From: a virus
DNA length: 64,000 bases
Strand: one strand, 5' to 3'
Virus record (IMG/VR): IMGVR_UViG_3300037485_002668
Span: 35,245-99,244 of that record
This document shows positions 37,593 to 46,797 of the stretch, one piece after another (position 1 is the first letter of the stretch; every line of letters begins with the position of its first letter). The notes beneath the pieces are model-generated. The model saw only the letters and a list, made by a program, of their open reading frames with translations, was not told the origin of the DNA and searched no databases. A program made the position numbers and the translations under genes.

Positions 37593-38968
37593 ACTTGCTC
37601 CAGAAGTTTTAACCATTGCGAGGGGAGATTCTGATTTTTATTTTCGTCGGCAGGGGGGTCGTAAGCATATTCCACAAAATGTTCCCGCAAAATCGGGGTA
37701 ATCAAATCCGGGCGCCAGCTTAGGTTCAGGGCGTGGGTGTTCATTTTTTCAAACCAATCATAATAAGGCTTGCCGCTGATTTTTTTCAGCAATTCATAAA
37801 TTACGTCAGTCGTGGCGAGATCACGCAGGACGTCACTATTCAGTTCGCGGGTACAGACGCCGGGGAGTTCCTGCAACGTGGGTACAATATTTAAGGCGCG
37901 CAAATACAATTCCGTGCGACCACATTTGCCACAGCGGAAACAACTTTTTGCGGCGTGCATGCAACTGCCCTGATATTCAAACGCGGGTCGGTAACGGGTC
38001 AATAACAATTTTTGCACACCAAAATCGGACAGGCTCCAGAACGGGTCGGCAAAGGGAACGTTCAAAAGCTGGCTGAGTTGCGTCAGGGCAAAAAAGGACG
38101 GTTTCGGCCAGAACGGGAGTTTAGAATTTAATTGCACTTTAGTTTCGCCGATACTAGCGCCAATTAAAACCGCGGCAGGATTTAGCGGCAGAGCGTACAG
38201 CCACCAGGGAATTTCCCAGAACTTTACGGCATTCAGATTGGTTTCGGCGATAGTATGGCGGATATTGAAACGTGTGTAAAATTTACACAGATTGGCGTAA
38301 CGGTCGGGCCAGTCGTGGTTATACGCAAGCGTAAAACCGCAAAAGTCCTGACGCAATTCACGCAATAAAAGCGATAGGGTCAGGCCATCCTTGCCGCCGC
38401 CATTGCAGGCGTAAATCATTTGGCCGGGGGGGAATGGTTCCGGGTCGACAATATTTGCCGCGTGGATTTGGACGGGTTTCAAATGCAGCATTTGCGCGAC
38501 AAATTTCAAATGTAAATTTAAAATAGTTTGTTGCGTTTCCGTCAGGCAATCGAAACGTAAGTCGGTCGCGCCCCAGATCGCGTGTTCCATGAGCAGATAG
38601 CCGAAAAAGAAATTTAAGATTGACGGGGGGAGTGAAACGGGGCGGTCGTAATTGACCCAGATTAATTGCGCGGGGAGTGTGGCCAGCGGTTTGGCAAGAC
38701 GGCAGAATAATTGGTGGTCGTGAATTTGCGTCTGCACGGGAATGGCGGGACTTTCGGGCGGGCGGGGGGGCGGAATGACGGTGGCTTTGGTTTGGGTTTC
38801 GGAAACTAAAACAAAATAGCCGGCACGAATCTGGGCGCGCCAGAAATCGGTGTCCGGGATTTGCAGCACGGTTTTGGGGTTAAACTGGCGGGAGGAGATG
38901 TCCACCGTAAAACCGTGAGGGTCGGATTTTAGGAGCGGGGTAACGGCGGTGACGTTTAAAAGTTTCAT
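37580..38968 (-). CDS. PP-loop adenine-nucleotide alpha-hydrolase (MurL/QueC-like)
   Basis: NGGGKDG PP-loop; SC.....CFRCGKC Cys cluster. Confidence 0.6.
   Translation of the reverse strand: MKLLNVTAVTPLLKSDPHGFTVDISSRQFNPKTVLQIPDTDFWRAQIRAGYFVLVSETQTKATVIPPPRPPESPAIPVQTQIHDHQLFCRLAKPLATLPAQLIWVNYDRPVSLPPSILNFFFGYLLMEHAIWGATDLRFDCLTETQQTILNLHLKFVAQMLHLKPVQIHAANIVDPEPFPPGQMIYACNGGGKDGLTLSLLLRELRQDFCGFTLAYNHDWPDRYANLCKFYTRFNIRHTIAETNLNAVKFWEIPWWLYALPLNPAAVLIGASIGETKVQLNSKLPFWPKPSFFALTQLSQLLNVPFADPFWSLSDFGVQKLLLTRYRPAFEYQGSCMHAAKSCFRCGKCGRTELYLRALNIVPTLQELPGVCTRELNSDVLRDLATTDVIYELLKKISGKPYYDWFEKMNTHALNLSWRPDLITPILREHFVEYAYDPPADENKNQNLPSQWLKLLEQVWHV
37733..37876 (-). repeat. Source segment of the 144-bp inverted copy at 24379-24522
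   Basis: Encodes LQELPGVC...EKMNTH. Confidence 0.95.
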
Positions 38969-38991
38969 GAAGGGGGTGTCGTCCTTGGCTT

Positions 38992-39028
38992 GCTGACAAT
39001 CATGATTCCACACGGGCAGGCCGTGTGG
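38992..39028 (-). repeat. 37-bp junction element, copy 11
   Basis: GCTGACAATCAT-GATT-CCACACGG-GCAGG-CCGTGTGG. Confidence 0.95.
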
Positions 39029-39038
39029 TGGGTGGTAA

Positions 39039-40229
39039 TTATTGGTTATATTTTAACAGATAATCGGGATTAATGACTTTGAATGAAAGCTGGTGTTCGT
39101 AATTGCGAATAACCAAACCTTCACGTAAACAATCGGCGATGGTACTTTTACCTTTTGAATAATCGACCAGTTCCGGGATATTCGTGCAAGTTAATTTGCT
39201 GTAAAATTCCAGCACGGGAACGGATTGTAATTTTTCACCAGGGATGCCAGAATAATTCATATCCGTAATCCGGGCTAAAAGCACCGATGAATCGTAACGG
39301 GTCGGGTTGTTAATACTAAATACATTGAAAACATAAAAGCGCAGTTCTTTAAATTTATATGGATTATCGCCGACGCCGGGGCCAACGATTTCGCCTTGAA
39401 TGGCGAAAGTTTCGTGGAACAGATCGTAAAGCAAACGCAGGCGTTTTTCAATGGCATATTTCGCGGCGATTTTCCAGTAAGTGGTTTTTAACGTGCGGAC
39501 ATTTTTGGGGATTAAAAAATTACGGGAACAGACGCCAAATTCCAGACGGCGCCAGAAAAACAAAAAGCGGCGGGGAATCAAGAAATAAGTGGCGCTCTGG
39601 CCATCCAGCTTTTCGGTAATGTCCACCCGTAAATCCTGGGTGACTATTTTATCAAACACGGCCGGGATAGCCTGAATGCGGGCTTCATCGGTTTTTGGGA
39701 TAAAGGACGGGAACGGGAGGCGTTGCAAAAAAGTACGTTTCAGCCAGTCGGAATGACGTAAAAATTTAGCGAAGCGGGAATTAAAAATTGATTTTTGCTG
39801 CGCCAGAATTTTCGTTTCCTGTTCCGCCTGGGGATCGTGTTTTACAATATTCAAATCGTCAGTAACGTCGTCGCCTATATCGTTATAACGATTAATTAAC
39901 CTAAATAATTTTGTGGCGTCGGTATCTTTGATAGTGGAATGACCTTGGATTGGGTCCAGAATTGAAAGGGGAAAACAGATACCTTGCGAAACCTGGCCTT
40001 TGAGTTTAATGGTTTTGACGCGGAATTTACGAGTGCGCATAAACTCAAATTCCGGGCGGTCGGGCAGGATGGAATCCACTTCGACATACACGCAGGGGTC
40101 GCCGGGATTAAAATCGCCTTTTTTTACAACGACTTCCCAGCCCAGGACGGTAGCTTTTTCGATAGCATCGGCGCCGGGGATGGGGTCGAGTTTGATAATT
40201 TTTTGGATAGTGGCAAGGGGACGGGACAT
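39039..40229 (-). CDS. RNA ligase, DRB0094 (Rnl5) family
   Basis: N-terminal OB domain (PIPGADAIE...SQG), PKTDE.RIQ, TEKLDG, QGEIVG, EGLV, SFKVI. Confidence 0.9.
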   Translation of the reverse strand: MSRPLATIQKIIKLDPIPGADAIEKATVLGWEVVVKKGDFNPGDPCVYVEVDSILPDRPEFEFMRTRKFRVKTIKLKGQVSQGICFPLSILDPIQGHSTIKDTDATKLFRLINRYNDIGDDVTDDLNIVKHDPQAEQETKILAQQKSIFNSRFAKFLRHSDWLKRTFLQRLPFPSFIPKTDEARIQAIPAVFDKIVTQDLRVDITEKLDGQSATYFLIPRRFLFFWRRLEFGVCSRNFLIPKNVRTLKTTYWKIAAKYAIEKRLRLLYDLFHETFAIQGEIVGPGVGDNPYKFKELRFYVFNVFSINNPTRYDSSVLLARITDMNYSGIPGEKLQSVPVLEFYSKLTCTNIPELVDYSKGKSTIADCLREGLVIRNYEHQLSFKVINPDYLLKYNQ

Positions 40230-40247
40230 GATTTTTTTCCTTTTTTG

Positions 40248-40284
40248 GCTGTCAATCATACTTCCCCACGGGCAAGCCGTGGGG
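40248..40284 (-). repeat. 37-bp junction element, copy 12
   Basis: GCTGTCAATCAT-ACTT-CCCCACGG-GCAAG-CCGTGGGG. Confidence 0.95.
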
Positions 40285-40301
40285 TGAGTGTGGTGAATGG
40301 G

Positions 40302-41090
40302 TTAAAGCCGAATGTCGGCAAAGGTAATGAATTTAAAGTTGCGTTGGTGTTGCAATTGGGTCAGGACTTCGGTTAATTTTTCGTACTGGATGGGGTGCTT
40401 GACGTGACCCATCATAATGAAATAGCTATCCTTTTCCTGCTTACGATAAAGTTCAATTAATTGCATAATAGTCAGGACGGAATTGGCGGAGCCGCTTAAA
40501 TCCCAGCGCACGCCATTGGGCAAATAACCGATGGGAATTTCCCAGATACCGTCCCAAATTTCGTAAGGGGTGGGGTGGTTGGTCGTTTGGATTGAAGAAT
40601 CGAATTGAATGCCCAGGCGCTGCAAGACGGGGAAATTTTTTGAAAATGGTTTGATTTTATAGCCGCCGGCGCGATAAGCTACCACGGGGTTGTAATGTTC
40701 CAGTTTCTTTTTGCACTGGGTCAATTCCAGTTCGTAAGTTGAAAGGTCGATTTCATTCAGGCCGATTTCGACATTTTGGGTGTCCACGTATTTTTTTTCG
40801 GCGGCGTGCCATTCACGGAACAGCCATTGCGGATGGAAATGTAATTGCAGGGAAAAATTTTGTTTGACCATTTCCTTGAATTGGAATTTGAATTCGTTTA
40901 ATACCACGATGCTATGACGTTCGGCGTAGAGATATTCGGCCATGTCGATAAAGAACGTGGCGGGGATATGGAACCGTTGCAGGAACTGCATCAGTGGGTA
41001 GGTGGGACTGATGACGTTTTTAATGGGGTTCACTTGCTCGATGGCCTGCAAGTGATCTTCGTAATCGATGGTGATTAGGCCGTAGTTCAT
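40302..41090 (-). CDS. Polysaccharide deacetylase family protein
   Basis: ITIDYE, PATFFID, QLHFHP, YRAGG, FDSS. Confidence 0.8.
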   Translation of the reverse strand: MNYGLITIDYEDHLQAIEQVNPIKNVISPTYPLMQFLQRFHIPATFFIDMAEYLYAERHSIVVLNEFKFQFKEMVKQNFSLQLHFHPQWLFREWHAAEKKYVDTQNVEIGLNEIDLSTYELELTQCKKKLEHYNPVVAYRAGGYKIKPFSKNFPVLQRLGIQFDSSIQTTNHPTPYEIWDGIWEIPIGYLPNGVRWDLSGSANSVLTIMQLIELYRKQEKDSYFIMMGHVKHPIQYEKLTEVLTQLQHQRNFKFITFADIRL

Positions 41091-42463
41091 TTTTGTTCCT
41101 TTTTAATTGGTTGCTTTTCAGGGGGATTAAATTCAAGTTCCAACGCTTTGAGGGCGCGGAAAAAATCAAGTCGGGCTTGTTCCAGTTCGGCTTCGCAAAT
41201 ATCGTAATAAAATTCACGGGCGGCGGCAGCGAAAGCATAGCCCGCGGCCTGGATTGCACCCAGGTGGCCTTCGCCATCGACCCAACCTGATTTGATGCTG
41301 GCTTCGTTGTTGGGGTCTTCGATATTGTCGGACCAGACGCGGCCGAGGTTCATAAAATTCTCCTGGCGATTACTCAGACTCCCGCTCAGGCAAGCTGGGC
41401 GGTGGGGCAAGCTGGGCGGTGGGGCAGGGGTTAAAAAGTAAATTATTTTTTCAGTCCCTTCGGCGATTGAAGGGCATTTTTCAGCTATTAATTTGTAAAT
41501 TTCTTTCCAGGCTTGGTTTATAAAAAAATCGTTCGGCAAGCCTACACCCGCATGATCTGAAAATGGAACCATGTAATCAAAAATTGGATTATCGTTTTCA
41601 TCATATTTCACAAATTCGGCCTGAATATTTGTGCCAGCAATATCAATTTTAACGTCACGGATATAAACGGGGCGGAACAGGTCTTGCAAGGTACGATAAA
41701 TAGCCTGGTTCACCCGATATACGATACTTTCAGGCGGCCAGGTTAACCAAAAGCGTTCTAAAGGCTGCAACGGATTTGCCCGGAATTGTTTAAGATCTTC
41801 CAAACCATAATGATATTTAGGCGTATTTTTTATGACATTTTCGATTGTATGTTCAGGGTATAGCTGAACGAATTCGGTTTCCAGTTGCTCCGCCTCAAGT
41901 GACTTTTCATTAAAAAATAGTTGGTATCGTTCGTCTTCTGATTCAGGGAAAACACGGGACGGGTCGGCATTAAGCCACGCATCATAAACGGGTTCCATTT
42001 CTTCGACAGAAATGCTGCTACCCCAAAAATTGAAATTATCAAGGATGGTAATTTGTTTTTCTTTTAACGCCCACGCACGGAAAGCTTGATCCCGTTTAAT
42101 GTGAAGTTCATTTTGATTTTCTACCAATGCGTTAATTATGTTCCGGGATACGCAATAACCAAAACAATTCCCGTCCGAAGGTTTGATTAGCAGATACACT
42201 TCAGGCATCGGCGTAGTAACGATCCATTTCGCTAAATCCTTAAAATCATCCCAGCCGACAGCAGGGTAGCCGAAGCGACGGAAACAATAGGCCATTACAT
42301 CCGCTCCCTTAGGTTTTAAGTTCAGGCAAAGTTCAGCGGGGTAACTGGGGTCTAAAATTGAACCGCCCATGGCGCTTTCATAATTTAAAATAGGTTCAAT
42401 TGACTCAATCGCCTGGGCGGTAAAGCCATCAGCGTAAACGATTTCAGGGGTAAAAGTTAACAT
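41087..42463 (-). CDS. Hypothetical protein; apparent fusion of two genes through a degenerate repeat (second gene ATG at 41353)
   Basis: Repeat-derived PPPSLPHRPACLSGSL linker before MNLGRVW. Confidence 0.65.
   Translation of the reverse strand: MLTFTPEIVYADGFTAQAIESIEPILNYESAMGGSILDPSYPAELCLNLKPKGADVMAYCFRRFGYPAVGWDDFKDLAKWIVTTPMPEVYLLIKPSDGNCFGYCVSRNIINALVENQNELHIKRDQAFRAWALKEKQITILDNFNFWGSSISVEEMEPVYDAWLNADPSRVFPESEDERYQLFFNEKSLEAEQLETEFVQLYPEHTIENVIKNTPKYHYGLEDLKQFRANPLQPLERFWLTWPPESIVYRVNQAIYRTLQDLFRPVYIRDVKIDIAGTNIQAEFVKYDENDNPIFDYMVPFSDHAGVGLPNDFFINQAWKEIYKLIAEKCPSIAEGTEKIIYFLTPAPPPSLPHRPACLSGSLSNRQENFMNLGRVWSDNIEDPNNEASIKSGWVDGEGHLGAIQAAGYAFAAAAREFYYDICEAELEQARLDFFRALKALELEFNPPEKQPIKKEQK
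41366..41424 (-). repeat. Junction element, copy 13 (degenerate, intragenic, 18-bp partial duplication)
   Basis: CCGCTCAG-GCAAG-CTGGGCGG, with GCAAGCTGGGCGGTGGGG repeated. Confidence 0.8.
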
Positions 42464-42822
42464 TAAAAAGCCTCATTTAATTTTATCTGGTTTTTTTCAT
42501 TGTACGTTGGGCAGCACCGTTCGTGAATATCGTAAACGTTCTGGCTGGTGCATTCTGCGTCGTGGTCGGAATAGCACGCACAGCCAGTTTCGTGCAGGGT
42601 ATGGCGATTTTCCCATTCCTGTTCAGTAAATGGCTGGTCACAAATAAAACAATCGGGGGTGGTCATTCGATAATAACCGCCTTCGATGCCAGCCTGGTAA
42701 TATTGTAATAGCCCGATATCCTCACGAACTAATCGTTTTTTACTTTTGCGGGATAATTTTCCGCGTCGGCATTGCCGTTGAATAAGACGGGGGGTGCCAT
42801 TGAAAAAGCCGATTCTATACAT
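42463..42822 (-). CDS. Hypothetical zinc-binding protein
   Basis: CFIC...HERC. Confidence 0.55.
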   Translation of the reverse strand: MYRIGFFNGTPRLIQRQCRRGKLSRKSKKRLVREDIGLLQYYQAGIEGGYYRMTTPDCFICDQPFTEQEWENRHTLHETGCACYSDHDAECTSQNVYDIHERCCPTYNEKNQIKLNEAF

Positions 42823-42824
42823 TT

Positions 42825-43430
42825 TTATTGTTCCTTTAAATCGGCCAAAATTTCCCGCTCAAATTCCTTGTCTACTATCAGCCGGTGCTTGCCTGGCCGA
42901 TAATACAGCGGGTCGGTATATTCCAAAATCAGTTCGTTAATTTGTTCCTGAACGATTTCAAGCGCAGCAGGAATTTCGTCACATCCACCCGGCAAATCAA
43001 AAATAGTATCCAAACTCAACGCCCTGGCATAAACTGGCTGACAGTCCATCAATCGCAATTCGTCCAGATTCTCAACTTCAAAAAACAGATCATTTTCCTG
43101 CATGATATAAAGCAATTCATCTTCATCGAAAAAGTATTCGTCAAAGGCGTCCGAGTAAATCGGGAATTCCTGGGCGTTCCAATCCTTGCCAGGCAAATTA
43201 CGCCATTTTTCGATGTCCCGTTTTTCCCGACAATCCGGGCAAATGGAATATTGTTTTTCGACAATATTCGGGCAGCCTTCCGTTTTACATTTTTGATGAG
43301 TGCAGCCGTGGTATCGGGCGGAACGTTCGTCTTCTCCAAAATAAGTACGGTCGCTTGCGACCCAACCTGAAATGTCAGTTCGATATTCAGCCGCTTCGGG
43401 GCTATCGATTAAAATGATTTTTTCTTGCAT
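42825..43430 (-). CDS. Hypothetical phage protein
   Basis: SPEAA...GWV...DERSARYHGCTH.KC...CPDC. Confidence 0.75.
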   Translation of the reverse strand: MQEKIILIDSPEAAEYRTDISGWVASDRTYFGEDERSARYHGCTHQKCKTEGCPNIVEKQYSICPDCREKRDIEKWRNLPGKDWNAQEFPIYSDAFDEYFFDEDELLYIMQENDLFFEVENLDELRLMDCQPVYARALSLDTIFDLPGGCDEIPAALEIVQEQINELILEYTDPLYYRPGKHRLIVDKEFEREILADLKEQ

Positions 43431-43432
43431 TT

Positions 43433-44083
43433 TTAACCTCGCGTTCGGAATAAAGCGGTCCAGTACCATTGATCTAAATGGGAATGGGCGTTCGGGTCAA
43501 TGGGATAGGCCGGGATTTTTTCGTAAGTTCGGGCTTGACAGACAAGTTCTAATTCAGCGTCAATGGCGGCCAGGATATTTTCGGGGTCGATATTGGCTTT
43601 GGTGAAATTATTAATGCCAAATGAAATTAAAAAATAACCAACAGACGATAAAATTTCCTGATTCAATTTTTGAATTACCTGGGTTTGCTCTTCAGCCGAC
43701 AGGTAATACCATACGTTCAACGCCAGGACTAAATCGATTTTGCGGGGCGGGTGGTAATCCACAATATCGCCGCAGTGCCAATTGAAATCAGGATATAACG
43801 TTTTGCCAATTGCGACGGCGCGGGGGGAAACGTCCAGGGCGTAAACGTTCTGGAAAGGGATTACGATTTTAAATAATTCCGGGTCAGGTTCGATAATTGC
43901 GTGCGTTAATTGACCCCGTTGGCAGCCAATATCCAAAAGCGTAAAATAGTTGATAGGTTCCAACAGCAATTGAATAGTTCGAAATTGTAATGAATTCAGA
44001 CCATTGGAGGTGATTGCCTGATTGTAACGGGATTCAAGGTCGGGATCATTAAAATGTTCCTGACGTTGGTCATAAGGAATCAT
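43433..44083 (-). CDS. Class I SAM-dependent methyltransferase
   Basis: LLDIGCQRG, ALDVS, GDI, NVWYYL. Confidence 0.85.
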   Translation of the reverse strand: MIPYDQRQEHFNDPDLESRYNQAITSNGLNSLQFRTIQLLLEPINYFTLLDIGCQRGQLTHAIIEPDPELFKIVIPFQNVYALDVSPRAVAIGKTLYPDFNWHCGDIVDYHPPRKIDLVLALNVWYYLSAEEQTQVIQKLNQEILSSVGYFLISFGINNFTKANIDPENILAAIDAELELVCQARTYEKIPAYPIDPNAHSHLDQWYWTALFRTRG

Positions 44084-44990
44084 GGGAACCTCCGTTGACG
44101 CGTTCGTAAATTTTGGTTAGCGCCCAGGCAGCAATGGCGCGGACGCGGAAATTTTTGGCGCTCAGGTATTCGGTCGATAACCGGGGTAAAGCGTCCAGAT
44201 AGGCGGTGTACAGGACGGGAATATCCTGGCAGATACCGTCAATGGCAACTAACGTCATGGGTACGCCCCAGCCAATGCTGCCGGGACATAAATGGGAATT
44301 CAGCATTTTGCCGCAATTGGAACAGCGGGGCTTGGCGCGGGCTAAAAATTTCAAGATGCCGGATTGCAAGGGCAAGACGTTCAGATTGGAACAGGCGCCA
44401 ATTTCCCGTAACTGATAAAGCATCATAGCCAGGTGGTAGCAATCTTCCTGACGGGGGACGCTCAGGATTTCGTGACTTTCGTCCAGAGTGTAATAATTCC
44501 AGTTGCCATCGGGACGCTGGTGGTCTTCAAGTAACCAAAACAATTTTTCGACAACCTTAAAATTGTCCATAGAAGCATAGATCATGGCGGCGGCGGTAAT
44601 CGCGTTAGGAACGAAAAGATTAATTTCTTCGGAACAATAACGCGCTAAACCACTGGGATAAAGGCCAATCGTTTTAAAGCGGTTATAAATTTCATCCCAA
44701 AAATCACTACCTAACAGGGCGGCAATGGCAAATTCCATACATGCCCAAAGGGTGTAAGCATAGTAATTTTTTGCAGTGACCGGGGTATCGCCAATGAGCT
44801 TTGCGGCCTGAAGGGTAAAGTCCAGGCGTTCGATGGCGCGGCGGCAATCGTCGACGGGCAGACCACAGCGGGCACGGGCGGCGCCCAGGAAAGCGTAACC
44901 GTCGGTGGATTGGGATTCGTAATAGTCGTTTTCGCCAGGAGCGGGGAAGGGAACCTGGTCAATTAATTGAGTTAGGGTTTCGGGATTCAT
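44070..44990 (-). CDS. Alpha/alpha-toroid protein (possibly sugar-modifying)
   Basis: Helical repeats, Q.PDGNWNY, EDCYH motif. Confidence 0.4.
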   Translation of the reverse strand: MNPETLTQLIDQVPFPAPGENDYYESQSTDGYAFLGAARARCGLPVDDCRRAIERLDFTLQAAKLIGDTPVTAKNYYAYTLWACMEFAIAALLGSDFWDEIYNRFKTIGLYPSGLARYCSEEINLFVPNAITAAAMIYASMDNFKVVEKLFWLLEDHQRPDGNWNYYTLDESHEILSVPRQEDCYHLAMMLYQLREIGACSNLNVLPLQSGILKFLARAKPRCSNCGKMLNSHLCPGSIGWGVPMTLVAIDGICQDIPVLYTAYLDALPRLSTEYLSAKNFRVRAIAAWALTKIYERVNGGSHDSL

Positions 44991-45208
44991 GATTTTGGTT
45001 TCGGTTGATATTTTGGCAATAATTCAGCGCATTCGGGACAGACGTCCTGCCATTTGCCGTCTTCAGTTTTACGGCTGCGCCAGCCGTGCGATTTATCCTT
45101 TTTCCAATTAACAGCGGTTAAAAACGCGGGGAAGGTTTCTTTGGTCGTTACGTTGCGACAGACGTCACATTTAATGACGAATTCGCCAAAATTATTTCCC
45201 AGAATCAT
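44987..45208 (-). CDS. Small zinc-finger protein
   Basis: CDVC...GW...CPEC. Confidence 0.7.
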   Translation of the reverse strand: MILGNNFGEFVIKCDVCRNVTTKETFPAFLTAVNWKKDKSHGWRSRKTEDGKWQDVCPECAELLPKYQPKPKS

Positions 45209-45217
45209 TTGGTTCCT

Positions 45218-46099
45218 TTATAATTTTTCAGTATCGATATTTTTGGCAATTAATGCATCGCCTGTGATTAAATCCGTCAGCCATTTTTGGACAGCGCCGG
45301 GTTCGTAATTATTGACATCCACCTGGGAAACGGGTTCACGGGTGTAACAGTGAATGTCGAAAGCCGATTTGAGATACAAGGTATACGTGGGATCGTCGGC
45401 TAACGCCAGGTGCAGATTGCCGGTACTGACGTGAATGTTGGCATAGCACGCGGTTTGAATGGTGCGCAAATACTGCACGTCAGGCGCGATATCCCGTAAA
45501 TGGCGGGTAATGAAATCGTACTTTTCATTTTTAGGATTGAACCAGCGGTGCTGCATTAAGGTTTCGATGGGGATAAAGCCCGCGGCGATTATTTCCTGCC
45601 AGATTTGTTTGGCCACGGGATAGGGAGTGTTGCACTGGTCGGGCAGGGCGGTGGATTGAAAGGTGACGGCCACGAAACGGTTGGCAGAATCTGAAACCCA
45701 GGAGCCACACGGATTTAAATGCTCGGAAACATAATCGCATTCCAATGGCTGCGGTAGACCTAATTCGTTAATGGCGCATAATTCGGCCTTAGTATACTCG
45801 CCATTGAGGGGTTCCGCCATGGCGAATTCGATAACGAAAGTATAATCGAAACCGGGCAGCGGGGAATCGCCGTTGGTGACTGGGTAAGTGGAATCTGGCC
45901 CGAACAGGTGTTCAAAGCCGTTACCGCGTTCCGTGGCGATAACGATATGCGTATCCGGGTATAGTTCCCGCAATTTCAGTACGGAAGGGTAAAACATAAT
46001 CAGATCGCCGAGGCCGTGCCAGAAGACCAGCGCCACGCGGGCGGGTTTTTCGTTTAGAAAGTCGATTATTTTTTTAAGGGTAAAATTTTTAATTAACAT
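45218..46099 (-). CDS. GT9-like glycosyltransferase
   Basis: HGLGDLIMFYP..LRELYP; VSTGNLHLA. Confidence 0.75.
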   Translation of the reverse strand: MLIKNFTLKKIIDFLNEKPARVALVFWHGLGDLIMFYPSVLKLRELYPDTHIVIATERGNGFEHLFGPDSTYPVTNGDSPLPGFDYTFVIEFAMAEPLNGEYTKAELCAINELGLPQPLECDYVSEHLNPCGSWVSDSANRFVAVTFQSTALPDQCNTPYPVAKQIWQEIIAAGFIPIETLMQHRWFNPKNEKYDFITRHLRDIAPDVQYLRTIQTACYANIHVSTGNLHLALADDPTYTLYLKSAFDIHCYTREPVSQVDVNNYEPGAVQKWLTDLITGDALIAKNIDTEKL

Positions 46100-46111
46100 G
46101 CTTGTCTTTTG

Positions 46112-46149
46112 GCCTTTCAATCAGTTAACCCCCCAGGCGGGCTGGGGGG
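46112..46149 (-). repeat. 37-bp junction element, copy 14
   Basis: CCTTTCAATCAG-TTAA-CCCCCCAG-GCGGG-CTGGGGGG. Confidence 0.9.
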
Positions 46150-46288
46150 TGGATTTTGTAAAATTTTTAATGCGTATTCGAGCCATGTCAGCGCCACCGA
46201 GACGTCGACCGCTTTTGCAAGTTCTGAATCGCGTTTTATGGATAGCACATGAATGGCTTCCTCAATCGCTTGGCGACAGTTTAACATT
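46118..46288 (-). CDS. Small ORF (~56 aa) ending at a TGA inside a repeat box
   Basis: Manual translation MLNCRQAIEEAIH...PPPSPPGGLTD*. Confidence 0.4.
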
Positions 46289-46459
46289 TACGGTTCCGAT
46301 TTTAGCATTTTTTTTAATTTCGTCAAAATTACGAAAACACTCTTTTTTTATTTCATTTGCGATTTGGTAGGTATGTTTTGCATATTTAACGCAAAGCCAG
46401 TCTTGTTTATCCCAAGACCAATCAATCGCATAGAGACATTTTGAACAGTCAATTAACAT
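46262..46459 (-). CDS. Small Cys-rich hypothetical protein
   Basis: CSKC...C...C. Confidence 0.55.
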   Translation of the reverse strand: MLIDCSKCLYAIDWSWDKQDWLCVKYAKHTYQIANEIKKECFRNFDEIKKNAKIGTVNVKLSPSD

Positions 46460-46779
46460 GAAATTTCATTCAACGCGTTTTTTTGCAATTCAATACCCCG
46501 TTTAAGCCAGGCAATAAGTTCCTGGGCGGTTTTGGCGCTGAACAATAAACAGCATTGAATTTCGTGAACATATAAATTATCAGTTTCGTCGGTAGAATCC
46601 GGGATTAAATTGGTGTCTTTTTCCCGATAGGTTACATGGGTACTGAGTACTTTTTTGGTCACGAAGCATTCACAATTAATTAAACCTTCCTGGGTGATAG
46701 CTCCGACAACGCCGTCACAATAGTAGGTGCGATAATGTTTGTCTTTTTCATTTACGAAAGTTATGATTTTGTCAGGCAT
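46453..46779 (-). CDS. Hypothetical protein (DUF3467-like)
   Basis: YRTYYCDGVVGAIT..G.I pattern. Confidence 0.55.
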   Translation of the reverse strand: MPDKIITFVNEKDKHYRTYYCDGVVGAITQEGLINCECFVTKKVLSTHVTYREKDTNLIPDSTDETDNLYVHEIQCCLLFSAKTAQELIAWLKRGIELQKNALNEISC

Positions 46780-46797
46780 GAACGGGTTCCTTTTTAT

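Noticed and set aside
40248-40284. Junction elements as intrinsic terminators
   Set aside because: No U tract directly follows the hairpin on either strand; a conserved box follows instead.
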